64,000 nt of DNA. It comes from Pseudomonas phage SM1. Shown piece after piece: positions 36,525 to 45,733 of the stretch (its first letter is position 1; the number at the start of each line of letters is the position of its first letter). The DNA lies in the sequence record NC_041877.1; one strand, 5' to 3'. Below the pieces are notes generated by a model. That model made no database searches. It was not told where the DNA came from and saw only the letters and a program-made list of their open reading frames with translations. The translations under genes and the position numbers were made by a program.

Positions 36525-37043
36525 ATGAGCAAATTTATTATTGAGTGGGGACGTTTGGACGAGACTCTACCGACTTCTGTACCCATGGCTACTGCCATGT
36601 TTGAAGTAGAGTCGCTCTCTGGGGCTTTCCGAATGGTGGGAAGCCTCGCCCATACGCTCACCACTGATCGGGTGGAAGATAGCGCCGTTTTGAGTAATAT
36701 CTACGGATGCGTAGCGCATCGGTTCAATTCTGCTCTGAAGGCGAACGGGCGTGCAGTCTTCTGGGGCGCGAGAGATGACTGGTTCATCTCCATAACCAAC
36801 CGGGACAAACATCCTCTGGATGGAGGTTACCGCTCAGTAGCGCAGACGAAAGTAAAGGCCAAGTGGATGGCCACGCTTAGCCTTCGTCGAGAATTCCCGC
36901 TGAAGGAACAAACGCGCAAACTCGTGCAGCAGCTAATAGCAGAGCATGAGCGTTGTCATTCCTATTGCGAGGGCGACTGCCGTATGGGGATCGCTATTCG
37001 CGATGCGGAGATAGCTCTGAACGCCATGGAGAGTCCGCTGTGA
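36525..37043 (+). CDS. hypothetical protein
   Basis: 172-aa ORF after an intergenic palindrome copy (36480-36493). Confidence 0.5.
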   Translation: MSKFIIEWGRLDETLPTSVPMATAMFEVESLSGAFRMVGSLAHTLTTDRVEDSAVLSNIYGCVAHRFNSALKANGRAVFWGARDDWFISITNRDKHPLDGGYRSVAQTKVKAKWMATLSLRREFPLKEQTRKLVQQLIAEHERCHSYCEGDCRMGIAIRDAEIALNAMESPL

Positions 37044-37249
37044 TCACTATCCTGGGCCCTCTGGCGGTAATGGTAGTCACGGTATGCACGCCAGAGAATG
37101 GATGTGCTACGGCTACCAGTAAGGTAGTTCCTCTCGTGGAGTGCGAGGCAAGAAAAGAGATGGTTCTATCCGGCGCAGACGGGCGGCGCCCGCTAAGGTA
37201 TGATAAGTCTGTAAGTATTGAATGCCGGAGAGTCCAGCATGGCAACTAA
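37040..37249 (+). CDS. hypothetical small protein with a hydrophobic N-terminus
   Basis: GTG overlapping the upstream stop; VITILGPLAVMVVTV hydrophobic start. Confidence 0.35.
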   Translation: MITILGPLAVMVVTVCTPENGCATATSKVVPLVECEARKEMVLSGADGRRPLRYDKSVSIECRRVQHGN

Positions 37250-37448
37250 ACTCTATATCGTCGAGGTGCGGGATTCCGATGGGAATCTTGTATTGTCCCC
37301 GCAGTCTCCCCCGCCATTCGCTACGGCTAGCGAGCGCCAATTGCAGGAATACCACGACGAGGTTACCGGAGACTACATGGCGGAATTTAGGGATGTTCTG
37401 GGATGGTACAGAACGCAAGGTTGGCACGTACGGCGGCGGCCATGGTAG
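37239..37448 (+). CDS. hypothetical small protein
   Basis: ATG 37239; 69 aa. Confidence 0.4.
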   Translation: MATKLYIVEVRDSDGNLVLSPQSPPPFATASERQLQEYHDEVTGDYMAEFRDVLGWYRTQGWHVRRRPW

Positions 37449-37563
37449 GGGGAAAGCATGACCGAGGGTATCCTAGCACTATGGCGACTTTCAAAGCTGG
37501 CGGCCATGGTATTTGCGTTTTGTTTTCTATGGCGTCTTAACCTTCACCTAACGGATTCACCGA

Positions 37564-37878
37564 ATGAACCTACTGTTCGACACGCCGCAGTTTCGGCTGG
37601 TACCGGCGGCGCAGAAAATGAATTACGCGAACGTATCGAACCTGCTGGAGGTAAGCTACAACGGTAAGGAGGTTTACCATCCGATTGAGGTAAATACTCT
37701 AATTTTCCACTTGATGGACACGCTCGGTGTAGCCGTCGAGAGCCGAGTTACTCTCTATCTGGACAAAGCCTCTGTAGGTTGGGTATTTGGAATATGCGTG
37801 GATGAGGAGGCGATATTCGACCTTTGGCGCTATTCTGAAACAGAGTTCCCGCCATGGTTGGAGATTGAGCCTCTGTAG
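37564..37878 (+). CDS. hypothetical protein
   Basis: 104-aa ORF with a globular-looking composition; the overlapping 37458-37667 ORF was judged less likely. Confidence 0.4.
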   Translation: MNLLFDTPQFRLVPAAQKMNYANVSNLLEVSYNGKEVYHPIEVNTLIFHLMDTLGVAVESRVTLYLDKASVGWVFGICVDEEAIFDLWRYSETEFPPWLEIEPL

Positions 37879-37942
37879 GCGCCCAAGCACGCAAGGCTGC
37901 GTTATACTTCGTTTATCGCATACTACCCATGAGGGGGTTACC

Positions 37943-38698
37943 ATGAGCTTTGCAGGCAAGACCGTTAATTTCACTTGGCAGGACGCTTCCGAAAACGAAC
38001 GCGGGGTTTCCGGCTGGGTTATGTCCACCATGCCGCACTTCGATCCTGTACAGGGTATGGGCGCCGCGCATGACATCCTTGAGCACTTCACCCCGCGTGC
38101 AGGCAACGCCGGCGAAGCCGAGGCGTTCGGCGCTATCGTGTGGATTCGCCTCGACGGCGGGTATTGGGCGGCATTCGCCGATAACCCGCATACCAGCCGC
38201 ATGAGCGTAGAGGAGCACGCTAAGGGTCTGGGCCAGGAGTTCGGTGACTTCCTGCACTACAGCGATTACGAAATGGCCGAGCCTCTGGACTTCGAGCGGG
38301 TAGAAGAGCCTGACGACGAAGACGGCACCCGCTCCATTCTGCGCCTTATCTGCGCCCACGCGGCACGGCACTGTCGCAACGAACATGGCATGGACCCCAG
38401 CAAACGCCATTGCATCAAGCTGATGTACCAGTGGCTATGCAGCGGCTATGCCAAGGTGCAGGAGTTCTACGGCAACAACGCGCCGAACATGGCCGCGCTC
38501 TTCTGGGAGCTGGAGAAGGCTATCGACGACAATATCAAGTATGTGGAGCACTACTCCGGTGATCGTATCGAGGTTCGAATCGACCCCGACTACACCTGGG
38601 CGCTGACCACCATCACGGGCATCGACGAGAATGGCGACATCTGGGAGGATGGCGTCTTGTGGGGAAACGGGGAACCCGCCTACGCCGATGCCGACTAA
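37943..38698 (+). CDS. hypothetical protein
   Basis: ATG preceded by the TACCCATGAGGGGG leader-motif variant. Confidence 0.5.
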   Translation: MSFAGKTVNFTWQDASENERGVSGWVMSTMPHFDPVQGMGAAHDILEHFTPRAGNAGEAEAFGAIVWIRLDGGYWAAFADNPHTSRMSVEEHAKGLGQEFGDFLHYSDYEMAEPLDFERVEEPDDEDGTRSILRLICAHAARHCRNEHGMDPSKRHCIKLMYQWLCSGYAKVQEFYGNNAPNMAALFWELEKAIDDNIKYVEHYSGDRIEVRIDPDYTWALTTITGIDENGDIWEDGVLWGNGEPAYADAD

Positions 38699-38773
38699 TC
38701 ACTGTACGGCCCAAACCTCGTATATTTTGCTATAGTCACTTCGTATTCGTCAGTCACCCAGAGGGGATAAACA

Positions 38774-39292
38774 ATGCATAGGCCTATTCTTTCCGCAGAC
38801 GGCACCGTAGAGCTTAGCTTTATGCCGTCTTGTGTTAGCTATCGAGACTCCGCCCGTCCGGATGTACGACAGGTATTGGATGGCATTCTGTCCATGATTG
38901 GGGTCTACACGCTCACCGAGTTCGCGTCAGTGAAGCGCCTTAAAAAAGCCGAGCCTGTAGAGTACGATTACATATGGTCCAGACACGGTAGTCGTCTCTC
39001 GCCCTCGTGGCAAGAGTTCGAAGCGGCCAGGAAGCCCTACGTTGGTGCATACCTGATCAGTGGAAACTTTCGCGAAATCTCGTGCGCTTTTCGGTTCATC
39101 ACTTCTGATCGCACGTTGGCTTCCAAGTTCATCCGGGCGATGGAGCGCAATCCCGGTTGGCCAGACGCTTGCCGCTGGAGCGAAGAATTTGCACTGAAGT
39201 ATCAGGTATTCGTCGATAACTATGAGCGCTGGAAAGAATTTCGTACGGCGCGCAACCAGGGGGTGCCCAGTGAACAACAAAAACTCCATTAA
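38774..39292 (+). CDS. hypothetical protein
   Basis: ATG preceded by TCACCCAGAGGGGATAAACA leader motif. Confidence 0.5.
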   Translation: MHRPILSADGTVELSFMPSCVSYRDSARPDVRQVLDGILSMIGVYTLTEFASVKRLKKAEPVEYDYIWSRHGSRLSPSWQEFEAARKPYVGAYLISGNFREISCAFRFITSDRTLASKFIRAMERNPGWPDACRWSEEFALKYQVFVDNYERWKEFRTARNQGVPSEQQKLH

Positions 39293-39623
39293 AGCCGTAC
39301 CAGTCCGCGTATTCACCCGTGAACGTCCGTGCGACAAGGTGGACCTGTATCTGTGCTTTACCAATGGCGGCGGGGCCTATGTTCCTCGTGCCGTTGTAGA
39401 GGCCAGGGGTGAAATAGGCTTGAATGCAATAAAGTACCTGAAGAAGAACGGCCTCGCCGTGCAATTCGAGTCGGGCTCGGTGGACTACTGGCAGCTTACC
39501 CCGCCCGGTGAACAATGGTTGCAAGAAGGTCTTGCCCGGTTTCTGGAGTTACACCCGGACGCGGCTGCGCGTATACCCAAGCGCCAGGCTTCTGCTCGAA
39601 CGCGCGTGCGCCGGGCAAAGTAG
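39268..39623 (+). CDS. hypothetical protein
   Basis: GTG start overlapping the upstream gene; 118 aa. Confidence 0.4.
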
Positions 39624-39724
39624 TAAAATTCTATTAAACCCCGAAAGTTTAGAAAGTTTGCGATTTTTTGCGATAAATTCCGGACGTGCAAGCGTTTGCA
39701 CGCCTCACATCAATAGGTAAATTT

Positions 39725-40057
39725 ATGTCGAAACGTACTGAGAACGGACGCGCAGTAATTCGCGTCTGCGGGCTGGAGCCCGTAGTGCCCTTAGATATCG
39801 TGGGTAAGCTGGCGCGGGTTAGTCCGTCTGACATCATCCGCATTGCCGCAGCTATTCAGGTATTGAGCGCGGTAACCGGGATCGATAAGGCCACTCTGCT
39901 CGATTGGGATAGCTTGCCTACGGCGCAGGCTGACCCCGAACGCGCACGCGCTACGGAGGCTTTGTTTTCCGGTATCCTGGCGAATATCGACTATGAGGAG
40001 GAGTGTGCGAAAGCGTTGCAATTGCGCCGCCGGTCGAGGAAACGCCATGCCGAGTAA
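39725..40057 (+). CDS. hypothetical protein
   Basis: ATG 39725 chosen over the palindrome-embedded ATG at 39686. Confidence 0.45.
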   Translation: MSKRTENGRAVIRVCGLEPVVPLDIVGKLARVSPSDIIRIAAAIQVLSAVTGIDKATLLDWDSLPTAQADPERARATEALFSGILANIDYEEECAKALQLRRRSRKRHAE

Positions 40058-40129
40058 AACCGAGCTTTTGGTTAGCGCCGCTCTATTGGTATTGGTTTTC
40101 TCCCTTTTTTACGTACTGGGGCCAGTTCA

Positions 40130-40423
40130 ATGACTGAGATGAAGTATGTAATGTTCAGGCTCACCCACAAGGAATCTGGAATCTATAAGCTAGTCCCTGT
40201 CATATTCCCGACCTTGCTAGTTCACGCCTCGGTGGCTCATGCCAATCTGGCCTTACTGATGCAGGATTTTCCGAGGTTCGATGTGTGGGTAGATAGTGCA
40301 GGGTTCGTGAACCTCGAAGATGCCCACTGCTTCGGTGAGTCTGAGACGCTGAATAAGAAAGCGGATGGAGAGCGCGATTCTCTGGTAATCAGCACGTACA
40401 ACTATACGCACGGAATGGTCTGA
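40130..40423 (+). CDS. hypothetical protein
   Basis: 97-aa ORF. Confidence 0.4.
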   Translation: MTEMKYVMFRLTHKESGIYKLVPVIFPTLLVHASVAHANLALLMQDFPRFDVWVDSAGFVNLEDAHCFGESETLNKKADGERDSLVISTYNYTHGMV

Positions 40424-40498
40424 TCGCTGTATCTTGCGCCCCTTAGCCGGGGCGTTATAATTTCGCTATATCCATCTACTACCCATGAGGGGGTTATC

Positions 40499-40882
40499 GT
40501 GACTCGTGTAGCCGCAAGTATCGAAAAGTTCGATTTGGTTAAAAATGTGGACCGCGCTCTGGCCAAGCGGATTCGTGCCATCTGGAGAGGCGATCTTGAC
40601 GAAGTGCGCAAACACTTCCCGGAGACCGATACTCTGATCGAGGAATATTACACCCAGCCCGGGGCCCGTGAATTACGCCGTGTCATCATTGACCGCCTGT
40701 TGGACACCTGTGGCGTAGAGTACCTGGGCCAATACAAGCGCTCTGGAGAGCACGTTCACTATTGCAACGCGGGTGATCCGTACGTTACTACGGTCATGTT
40801 CTTCGATCAGAGGTTGGTTATTGGCTGTTGGGGAGACCTTGTAGAGCGTAACCTAATCCGCGAACCGGCCACCGCTTACTAA
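40499..40882 (+). CDS. hypothetical protein
   Basis: GTG preceded by the TACCCATGAGGGGG leader-motif variant. Confidence 0.45.
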   Translation: MTRVAASIEKFDLVKNVDRALAKRIRAIWRGDLDEVRKHFPETDTLIEEYYTQPGARELRRVIIDRLLDTCGVEYLGQYKRSGEHVHYCNAGDPYVTTVMFFDQRLVIGCWGDLVERNLIREPATAY

Positions 40883-40920
40883 TGCAAGCGCTTGCACCTA
40901 CTTAGAAAGGGCGAAACATC

Positions 40921-41604
40921 ATGATCAAAAATCGAGCCTACTACTACGGATTCGGGTATGAGAACGCCGGTGCGTTGCATGCTCTCGGTTGCCTGGAGCC
41001 GGAAGGTTACCCCGTGACCTTCGGAAATTTGGCTATTGCCATGAATGGTTCATGGCAGGCTAAGGCTTTCAAAGAAGGCTTTGATGCCAAGCGCGATCTG
41101 CTCCGTGACACTAAAGAGTATGCGGCGGATATGGATCGTTTCAACCGCTCTACGATCAAGAGCAGGGTAATCTCTGACCGTATCGGGAAAATGGCAAAGG
41201 GTTATATCGCTTGTGCATTGTGGGCGTCCGACGGTATACATCCTGAAACTGAAAAATTTCTCGATTCGCTGGAAGGCTTCGAGGCTGCTCCCTCATTCCT
41301 CGCCCACGCCGAGCGTACCTGCTCTGCCTTCTATGCGCAGAACATGACCGATTGCGCCGCCTTTGTCGATTTGTACCCATCGCGGGTCAGTAGCGAGTCT
41401 GACCCGTGGGAAGGCCTGGGCCACGATCTCTGGCTCACTCGCAACGGGCACGGCGCCGGTTTCTGGGATCGCGGCATGGGTAGGGTTGGTGAGCGTCTTT
41501 CTGGTAAATGCGGGCACGGTAAAGCCTTCGCCCCGCTATATCCCTACCTCACTGACGAGATTCTCGTAGACGTGGATAAGCCGTATCACAGTAAAGTCGA
41601 TTGA
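40921..41604 (+). CDS. hypothetical protein
   Basis: 227-aa ORF after palindrome copy 40883-40896. Confidence 0.5.
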   Translation: MIKNRAYYYGFGYENAGALHALGCLEPEGYPVTFGNLAIAMNGSWQAKAFKEGFDAKRDLLRDTKEYAADMDRFNRSTIKSRVISDRIGKMAKGYIACALWASDGIHPETEKFLDSLEGFEAAPSFLAHAERTCSAFYAQNMTDCAAFVDLYPSRVSSESDPWEGLGHDLWLTRNGHGAGFWDRGMGRVGERLSGKCGHGKAFAPLYPYLTDEILVDVDKPYHSKVD

Positions 41605-41674
41605 TCGCTGTAAGTAGCGCGGACGACTTGCCGACGCTACTATGCACCTACTAATCACCCAGAGGGGATAAACA

Positions 41675-42265
41675 ATGGAAATGCGTACAAAGAGTTTTAT
41701 GAATGTGTGGTCCTTCAGAGGTCGTCGGATCGAGTCCCTGAAGTTCTACACCCGCGAGGCTGGCGTTTTGGCTACTTCTGACACCGGCTATCTCCCGCAC
41801 TCGGCGGATCGATACTGCTACGAGGCGGCCACTGAAGTTAAACAGATTGCCGAGGTACGGCCAGCACGCGCCGAGCTATCCAATATCGCCCGTGGCGGTC
41901 ACTTCGTAATAGGCGGTACTCTTTATTTGGATTTGTCCGAGTTCGATTACTGGAGTATCGAAGAGCAGCAGGTAAGCTCTGGGGCTGGTTACACTCTGCA
42001 CGCTCGTGGAATAGTTTTGCAGTATGACGCTTCGGGCAGCTCCCTGGTCGGGGCTAACGAGTTTCTCAATATTCAGCGGTTCGTTTATGACCGCAGTAAA
42101 ACCGAGGAACGCGCATCCGAAAACAGGGCCAAGCTGGAAGCTGTGGCAGAGTGGTATAACCGCAATGTAGCGGACCATAGTAACCGGTACCTAAGCTTGG
42201 CCGGGGCTGAACGCCTTTTGAGCAAATTCCGGGAACTGAAGGCTATAGTAGAGGGGGAGCTATGA
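41675..42265 (+). CDS. hypothetical protein
   Basis: ATG preceded by TCACCCAGAGGGGATAAACA leader motif. Confidence 0.5.
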   Translation: MEMRTKSFMNVWSFRGRRIESLKFYTREAGVLATSDTGYLPHSADRYCYEAATEVKQIAEVRPARAELSNIARGGHFVIGGTLYLDLSEFDYWSIEEQQVSSGAGYTLHARGIVLQYDASGSSLVGANEFLNIQRFVYDRSKTEERASENRAKLEAVAEWYNRNVADHSNRYLSLAGAERLLSKFRELKAIVEGEL

Positions 42266-42388
42266 TGAGTCCCGCACCGTTCGAAGCCTTGCGCAATTTC
42301 GATGAGGCGCACGTCGCATTGTTGGGGAGAATCAAGCGAGGTAAGAAACGCTAACCCTGTATAGGCAATTGCAAGCGCTTGCACAGCA

Positions 42389-42417
42389 GCCCCGGGTCAC
42401 TCCGGGGCTTTTCTTTT
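42389..42417 (+). terminator. rho-independent terminator
   Basis: GCCCCGG-GTCACT-CCGGGGC stem followed by TTTTCTTTT; preceded by a palindrome copy (42370-42383). Confidence 0.7.
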
Positions 42418-42429
42418 CCGGGCCGAACA

Positions 42430-43100
42430 TTCGGGGGCCCGAACGCTATACAGGAAATACCTATATAGACCTTCTATATGTACTTCCCCCCTTTGAGCCC
42501 TCTTATCCCCTATCCCTCCTATACAGTCCAGCCAGGGCGATCCGGGGGCCCTCCTACCTAACTTTCGGGGCCAGAACAAAAAGAAATACATATATAGGAG
42601 AGAATCCATATAGGACTATATAGATACATAGAGAGAGTATAGAGGAAGTAGATAGCTTGTGTTCTACCTGTGGAATGTTTGCAGCAAAAATTTTGTGAAC
42701 AGGCAAGGGGTGGCCTCTGCTGTAGCTATCTGTGTCCTTCTGCTGGCTGGCGTGACTTGTGTCCTAGCTAACGTGAGCTACTGACTGCTGGATGGTAGCT
42801 ATCGTGGATTCTGTGTGGGCATGTGATATGTACTACTGTTCTCTCTGCTGTCCTATATAGGGTACTTGCTGGTGGTATGGCTCCCTGGTGATGGCTGGTG
42901 ATAACTGGTGCTGCCCGCTGATCGCTGCTGGTGACTGGTGGTCTCTGCTGCTGGTGGCTGCTGGTGAACCCGGGCCGCTGGGTGGAGCCGCTCCTACTGA
43001 TGCTCTCCTATATAGGGCGTGTGGCAATTACGACCTGGGCTTCTGGTAGGTATTGCACTCCTATATAGGGAGACCATAATGGGGCCTACGAAATACACAG
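42430..43100. other. ~670-bp ORF-free repeat-dense hub (candidate early promoter cluster or origin)
   Basis: Contains the TATATAGG family motifs, CTGTGTGGGCAT, eight CTGGTG repeats including two exact GCTGGTGG, and three TCCTATATAGGG copies; no credible ORF on either strand. Confidence 0.6.
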
Positions 43101-43121
43101 TCACCCAGGAGGGGACACATC

Positions 43122-43367
43122 ATGCCGAGCACCTATCCCAATCTTGTCTTTTGCACCCTGCCGCAGGAGATCGACGGCGACCTGTATGTAGAAGGGTTCG
43201 AAGCTTCCAATGGAATGATCGATGTAGGTAGCTTCATCCTTTCCCAGGGAATGATCCAAGGTCTGGCCCCGCTCTGCGTTACTACCAGCGTCGAGGCTGG
43301 GCTTTCGTTCCTCGATAGCTTGGAACCGCCGACCGAATTGGATATCGCTTACCTCGACAGCCTCTAA
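43122..43367 (+). CDS. hypothetical acidic small protein
   Basis: ATG preceded by TCACCCAGGAGGGGA leader motif. Confidence 0.45.
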   Translation: MPSTYPNLVFCTLPQEIDGDLYVEGFEASNGMIDVGSFILSQGMIQGLAPLCVTTSVEAGLSFLDSLEPPTELDIAYLDSL

Positions 43368-43400
43368 TGCAAGCGCTTGCACCTATATAGGAGAATCATT

Positions 43401-43853
43401 ATGTACGCCATCTATGTACACGAACGCGCAGAGAACGGCGGCGCCGGAAAGCTGGTAGACCTGATAGTGCGCGAAAGCATGTCAGAGGCGCACCGCGCCG
43501 CCTGCCGCCAGTATGGTTTTAAAAAGATGGTTTTCAAGCCGGGCGATCTACCCTTGTCCACCATCGCGGAGCTATACGAAAATCTCGACACCCGTGAGCG
43601 CTTTTTCGAACGCGTCAATACTCTGGAGCTGCGCCAGGGCGACATCGTTGTCCATACCCTCGGCTTGATCCACCTAGGCGAGCGGCTCATCAGTGAAGCT
43701 CATAACGACGTGAAGGATGATGGCGGATGGTGCGAGTATGGGCCGGACGACGAGCTGCTCTGGGCGTGGCCTTCCGGCATCTCTACCTCTACCCGGAAAT
43801 ACAATATCCAAGGTAACGGCCTCGCCAACTGGATTCGGTTCAAACGTACTTAG
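43401..43853 (+). CDS. hypothetical protein
   Basis: ATG after GGAGAATCATT; the start embedded in the palindrome/TATATAGG motif was rejected. Confidence 0.45.
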   Translation: MYAIYVHERAENGGAGKLVDLIVRESMSEAHRAACRQYGFKKMVFKPGDLPLSTIAELYENLDTRERFFERVNTLELRQGDIVVHTLGLIHLGERLISEAHNDVKDDGGWCEYGPDDELLWAWPSGISTSTRKYNIQGNGLANWIRFKRT

Positions 43854-44145
43854 TGGATCGGGGCCCGGTGTGGCCCCATCTCTGTTATTACTCCCTGGTG
43901 ATCCTGTGTGGGCATGTGTATTTAATTACTGGTGACTGGTGAAGCTTCCGGCCCAGTGATCGCTGGTGAAGTGGAAACCCCTGTAGCACGCCATTGACGT
44001 GCTTCACCGCTGGTCGAGGGGTACAGACGTGCTACAACTTTTGGCACGGTCCGTGCTACGCCCGCGCGCACCCGTTTCCTCCTTCTGGTAGGGAAAGCAG
44101 GTGCAAGCGCTTGCCTTGTGTTATGAAATTATTTTGAAAATATGC

Positions 44146-44174
44146 TTGACCTGGCTCTGTGAGGTACATATTAT
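44146..44174 (+). promoter_or_regulatory. sigma70-like promoter (TTGACC-17-TATTAT) with an AT-rich UP-like element
   Basis: -35 TTGACC at 44146-44151, 17-nt spacer, -10 TATTAT at 44169-44174; upstream AT-rich TTATGAAATTATTTTGAAAATATG. Confidence 0.55.
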
Positions 44175-44227
44175 GACTTCCAAGCCAGGCAATACCGCCT
44201 AGGCAAGTCACCCAGAGGGGACGTACC

Positions 44228-44794
44228 ATGCAAGCTCTCATTGAAAAGAACATCGCCGAAACCGCCGCCCAAGTTACTGAAGCTCCGGCCAAGGCCAAAA
44301 AAGCCACTGCCGCCAAGCCCGCAGCCAAGCCCGTCAAGAAAGCGGCAGCCAAGCCCAAGGCAAAAGCTCCGGCCAAAGCAAAAACCGCAGCCAGCAAAGG
44401 CGCAGCCAAGCCCCGCGCGGCCAAGGCGAAAGCAGCCACTACCGCAGCTTTCTTTATCCATCCGCAGTTCCGTCCGGTAGCCGGGGCCCGTCTCGCAGCT
44501 CATACCGAGGCCGTTCTTCAGTATTTCGGTCTGTACGGCGAAGGCGTCAAAGTTTCCCGCCGGGAGCTGGCGCGCGTAATGGGCGATACCGCAGTCGGTT
44601 ACCACCTTAACAAGACTCGCAATTTCGAGGAGTCCGACAAGATGATCAGCCTGAGCAAAGTAGGCCGTATTGCCTTCGGGGCCCGTCAGGGTAACGTACG
44701 CGACGAAGAACGCGATGCGTTCCTGGCCATCTTCCGGACCGGCAAGGCGAACGAGATTGCCCATATCCCGCAAGACTTGATCCTGGCCGCGTAA
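44228..44794 (+). CDS. histone-H1/AlgP-like DNA-binding protein (AKP-repeat N-terminus plus globular C-terminal domain)
   Basis: ATG preceded by TCACCCAGAGGGGA leader motif; N-terminus AKAKKATAAKPAAKPVKKAAAKPKAKAPAKAKTAASKGAAKPRAAKAKA. Confidence 0.55.
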   Translation: MQALIEKNIAETAAQVTEAPAKAKKATAAKPAAKPVKKAAAKPKAKAPAKAKTAASKGAAKPRAAKAKAATTAAFFIHPQFRPVAGARLAAHTEAVLQYFGLYGEGVKVSRRELARVMGDTAVGYHLNKTRNFEESDKMISLSKVGRIAFGARQGNVRDEERDAFLAIFRTGKANEIAHIPQDLILAA

Positions 44795-44848
44795 CCTCGA
44801 ACGGGGCCCATAGCGGGCCCCACTACCTAACCCTATAGGAGATATCCC

Positions 44849-45073
44849 ATGGCACGTAAACCTCTCGTAGTGAGCGCCGTAGCTCGCATCTTCCGCGTCC
44901 AGGCTAATGAGACCGTCATAGTTGAGGAACTGGCCTATAGCGATCTTACAGCAGAGCAACGCGCCTACTTCGAAGGCCTGAAAGAGCGTGATCGCCTGGA
45001 CAGCATTCGGGCAAAGGCTGAGGCCTACGCGCTAGCTAACCCGCAGCCCCGCGCTATGTTCCTTATCGACTAA
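44849..45073 (+). CDS. hypothetical small protein
   Basis: RBS AGGAGATATCCC then ATG; 74 aa. Confidence 0.4.
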   Translation: MARKPLVVSAVARIFRVQANETVIVEELAYSDLTAEQRAYFEGLKERDRLDSIRAKAEAYALANPQPRAMFLID

Positions 45074-45086
45074 AGGAGTCAATACG

Positions 45087-45434
45087 ATGTCCGCACCTAT
45101 CGTTATTCACCATCCGGTACACTCCAGCCACCCGAACGGGGGAGCTGAACAAGTAACCCATATCTATGAGCCGTTGGACCTCTCCGACAAGGGGGCCATT
45201 GAACATTTCGCGGCCACCTACAATCGCGCATTGCGACACGCTCAAGGCGAAGGCGTGCATTCCGTAGATATCTATCTGGGGGAACGTACTCAGCCTAAGA
45301 TCATTGACGGCGAAATAATGATCCAAGGGGGATGGCTGGAGCATACGATTGTCGTTCGGTATACCGAGGGCAAGTCGTTCACCATCGGCGCCATTCAACG
45401 CAAGCCGAATGATGCGAGCGAATTCCATAGCTAG
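45087..45434 (+). CDS. hypothetical protein
   Basis: RBS AAGGAG then ATG; 115 aa. Confidence 0.45.
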   Translation: MSAPIVIHHPVHSSHPNGGAEQVTHIYEPLDLSDKGAIEHFAATYNRALRHAQGEGVHSVDIYLGERTQPKIIDGEIMIQGGWLEHTIVVRYTEGKSFTIGAIQRKPNDASEFHS

Positions 45435-45680
45435 CGCAAGCGCTTGCACGGGGGCTCCAATCGGGGCCCTTCTTTATGCACCCCCTATGCCATATAGGAA
45501 TAATCCACCATAGAAATTCTCTATCCAAGAACGGTCGTGGCGCAGCACAGTTTTTATACCCATGGGATTTTGAATACCCCCTATTCACTTTTTTCGTCAA
45601 CGGGCAGACCACCAGACCACCACGCGAAGTTGGCAGACAGCATCATGACTCTCTCATGATTTGGGCAGCTCTCATCGCAA

Positions 45681-45733
45681 CAGGGTCATGTCCAGGGTCA
45701 TGCTCTTTTCATGATCAGGGTCATGATCAGGGT
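45681..45733 (+). repeat. CAGGGTCATG direct repeats (three full copies plus one partial) inside a 520-bp ORF-free region
   Basis: CAGGGTCATG at 45681, 45693 and 45716; CAGGGT at 45728. Confidence 0.7.

Noticed and set aside
37458-37667. 69-aa ORF overlapping 37564-37878
   Set aside because: The downstream ORF has a more protein-like composition and the two are mutually exclusive over about 100 nt. It is kept only as a low-probability small membrane peptide.
44056-44439. ORFs starting MQALA / MQAFA on either strand (for example 44056-44439 -, 45063-45449 -, 42085-42384 -, 49292-49627 -, 39686 +, 49594 +, 59660 +)
   Set aside because: Their ATG is supplied by the ATGCAAGCG half of the dispersed palindrome. 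They are artefacts of the repeat, so downstream in-frame starts with RBS or leader motifs were preferred.
44796-44825. Intrinsic terminator GGGGCCC-ATAGC-GGGCCCC
   Set aside because: The stem is good but there is no U-tract. It is listed only as a possible RNA structure.
45440-45475. Intrinsic terminator after gene 45087
   Set aside because: GGGGGCTCC/GGGGCCC are not complementary. Only a 4-bp stem can form, although a T-rich tail is present.
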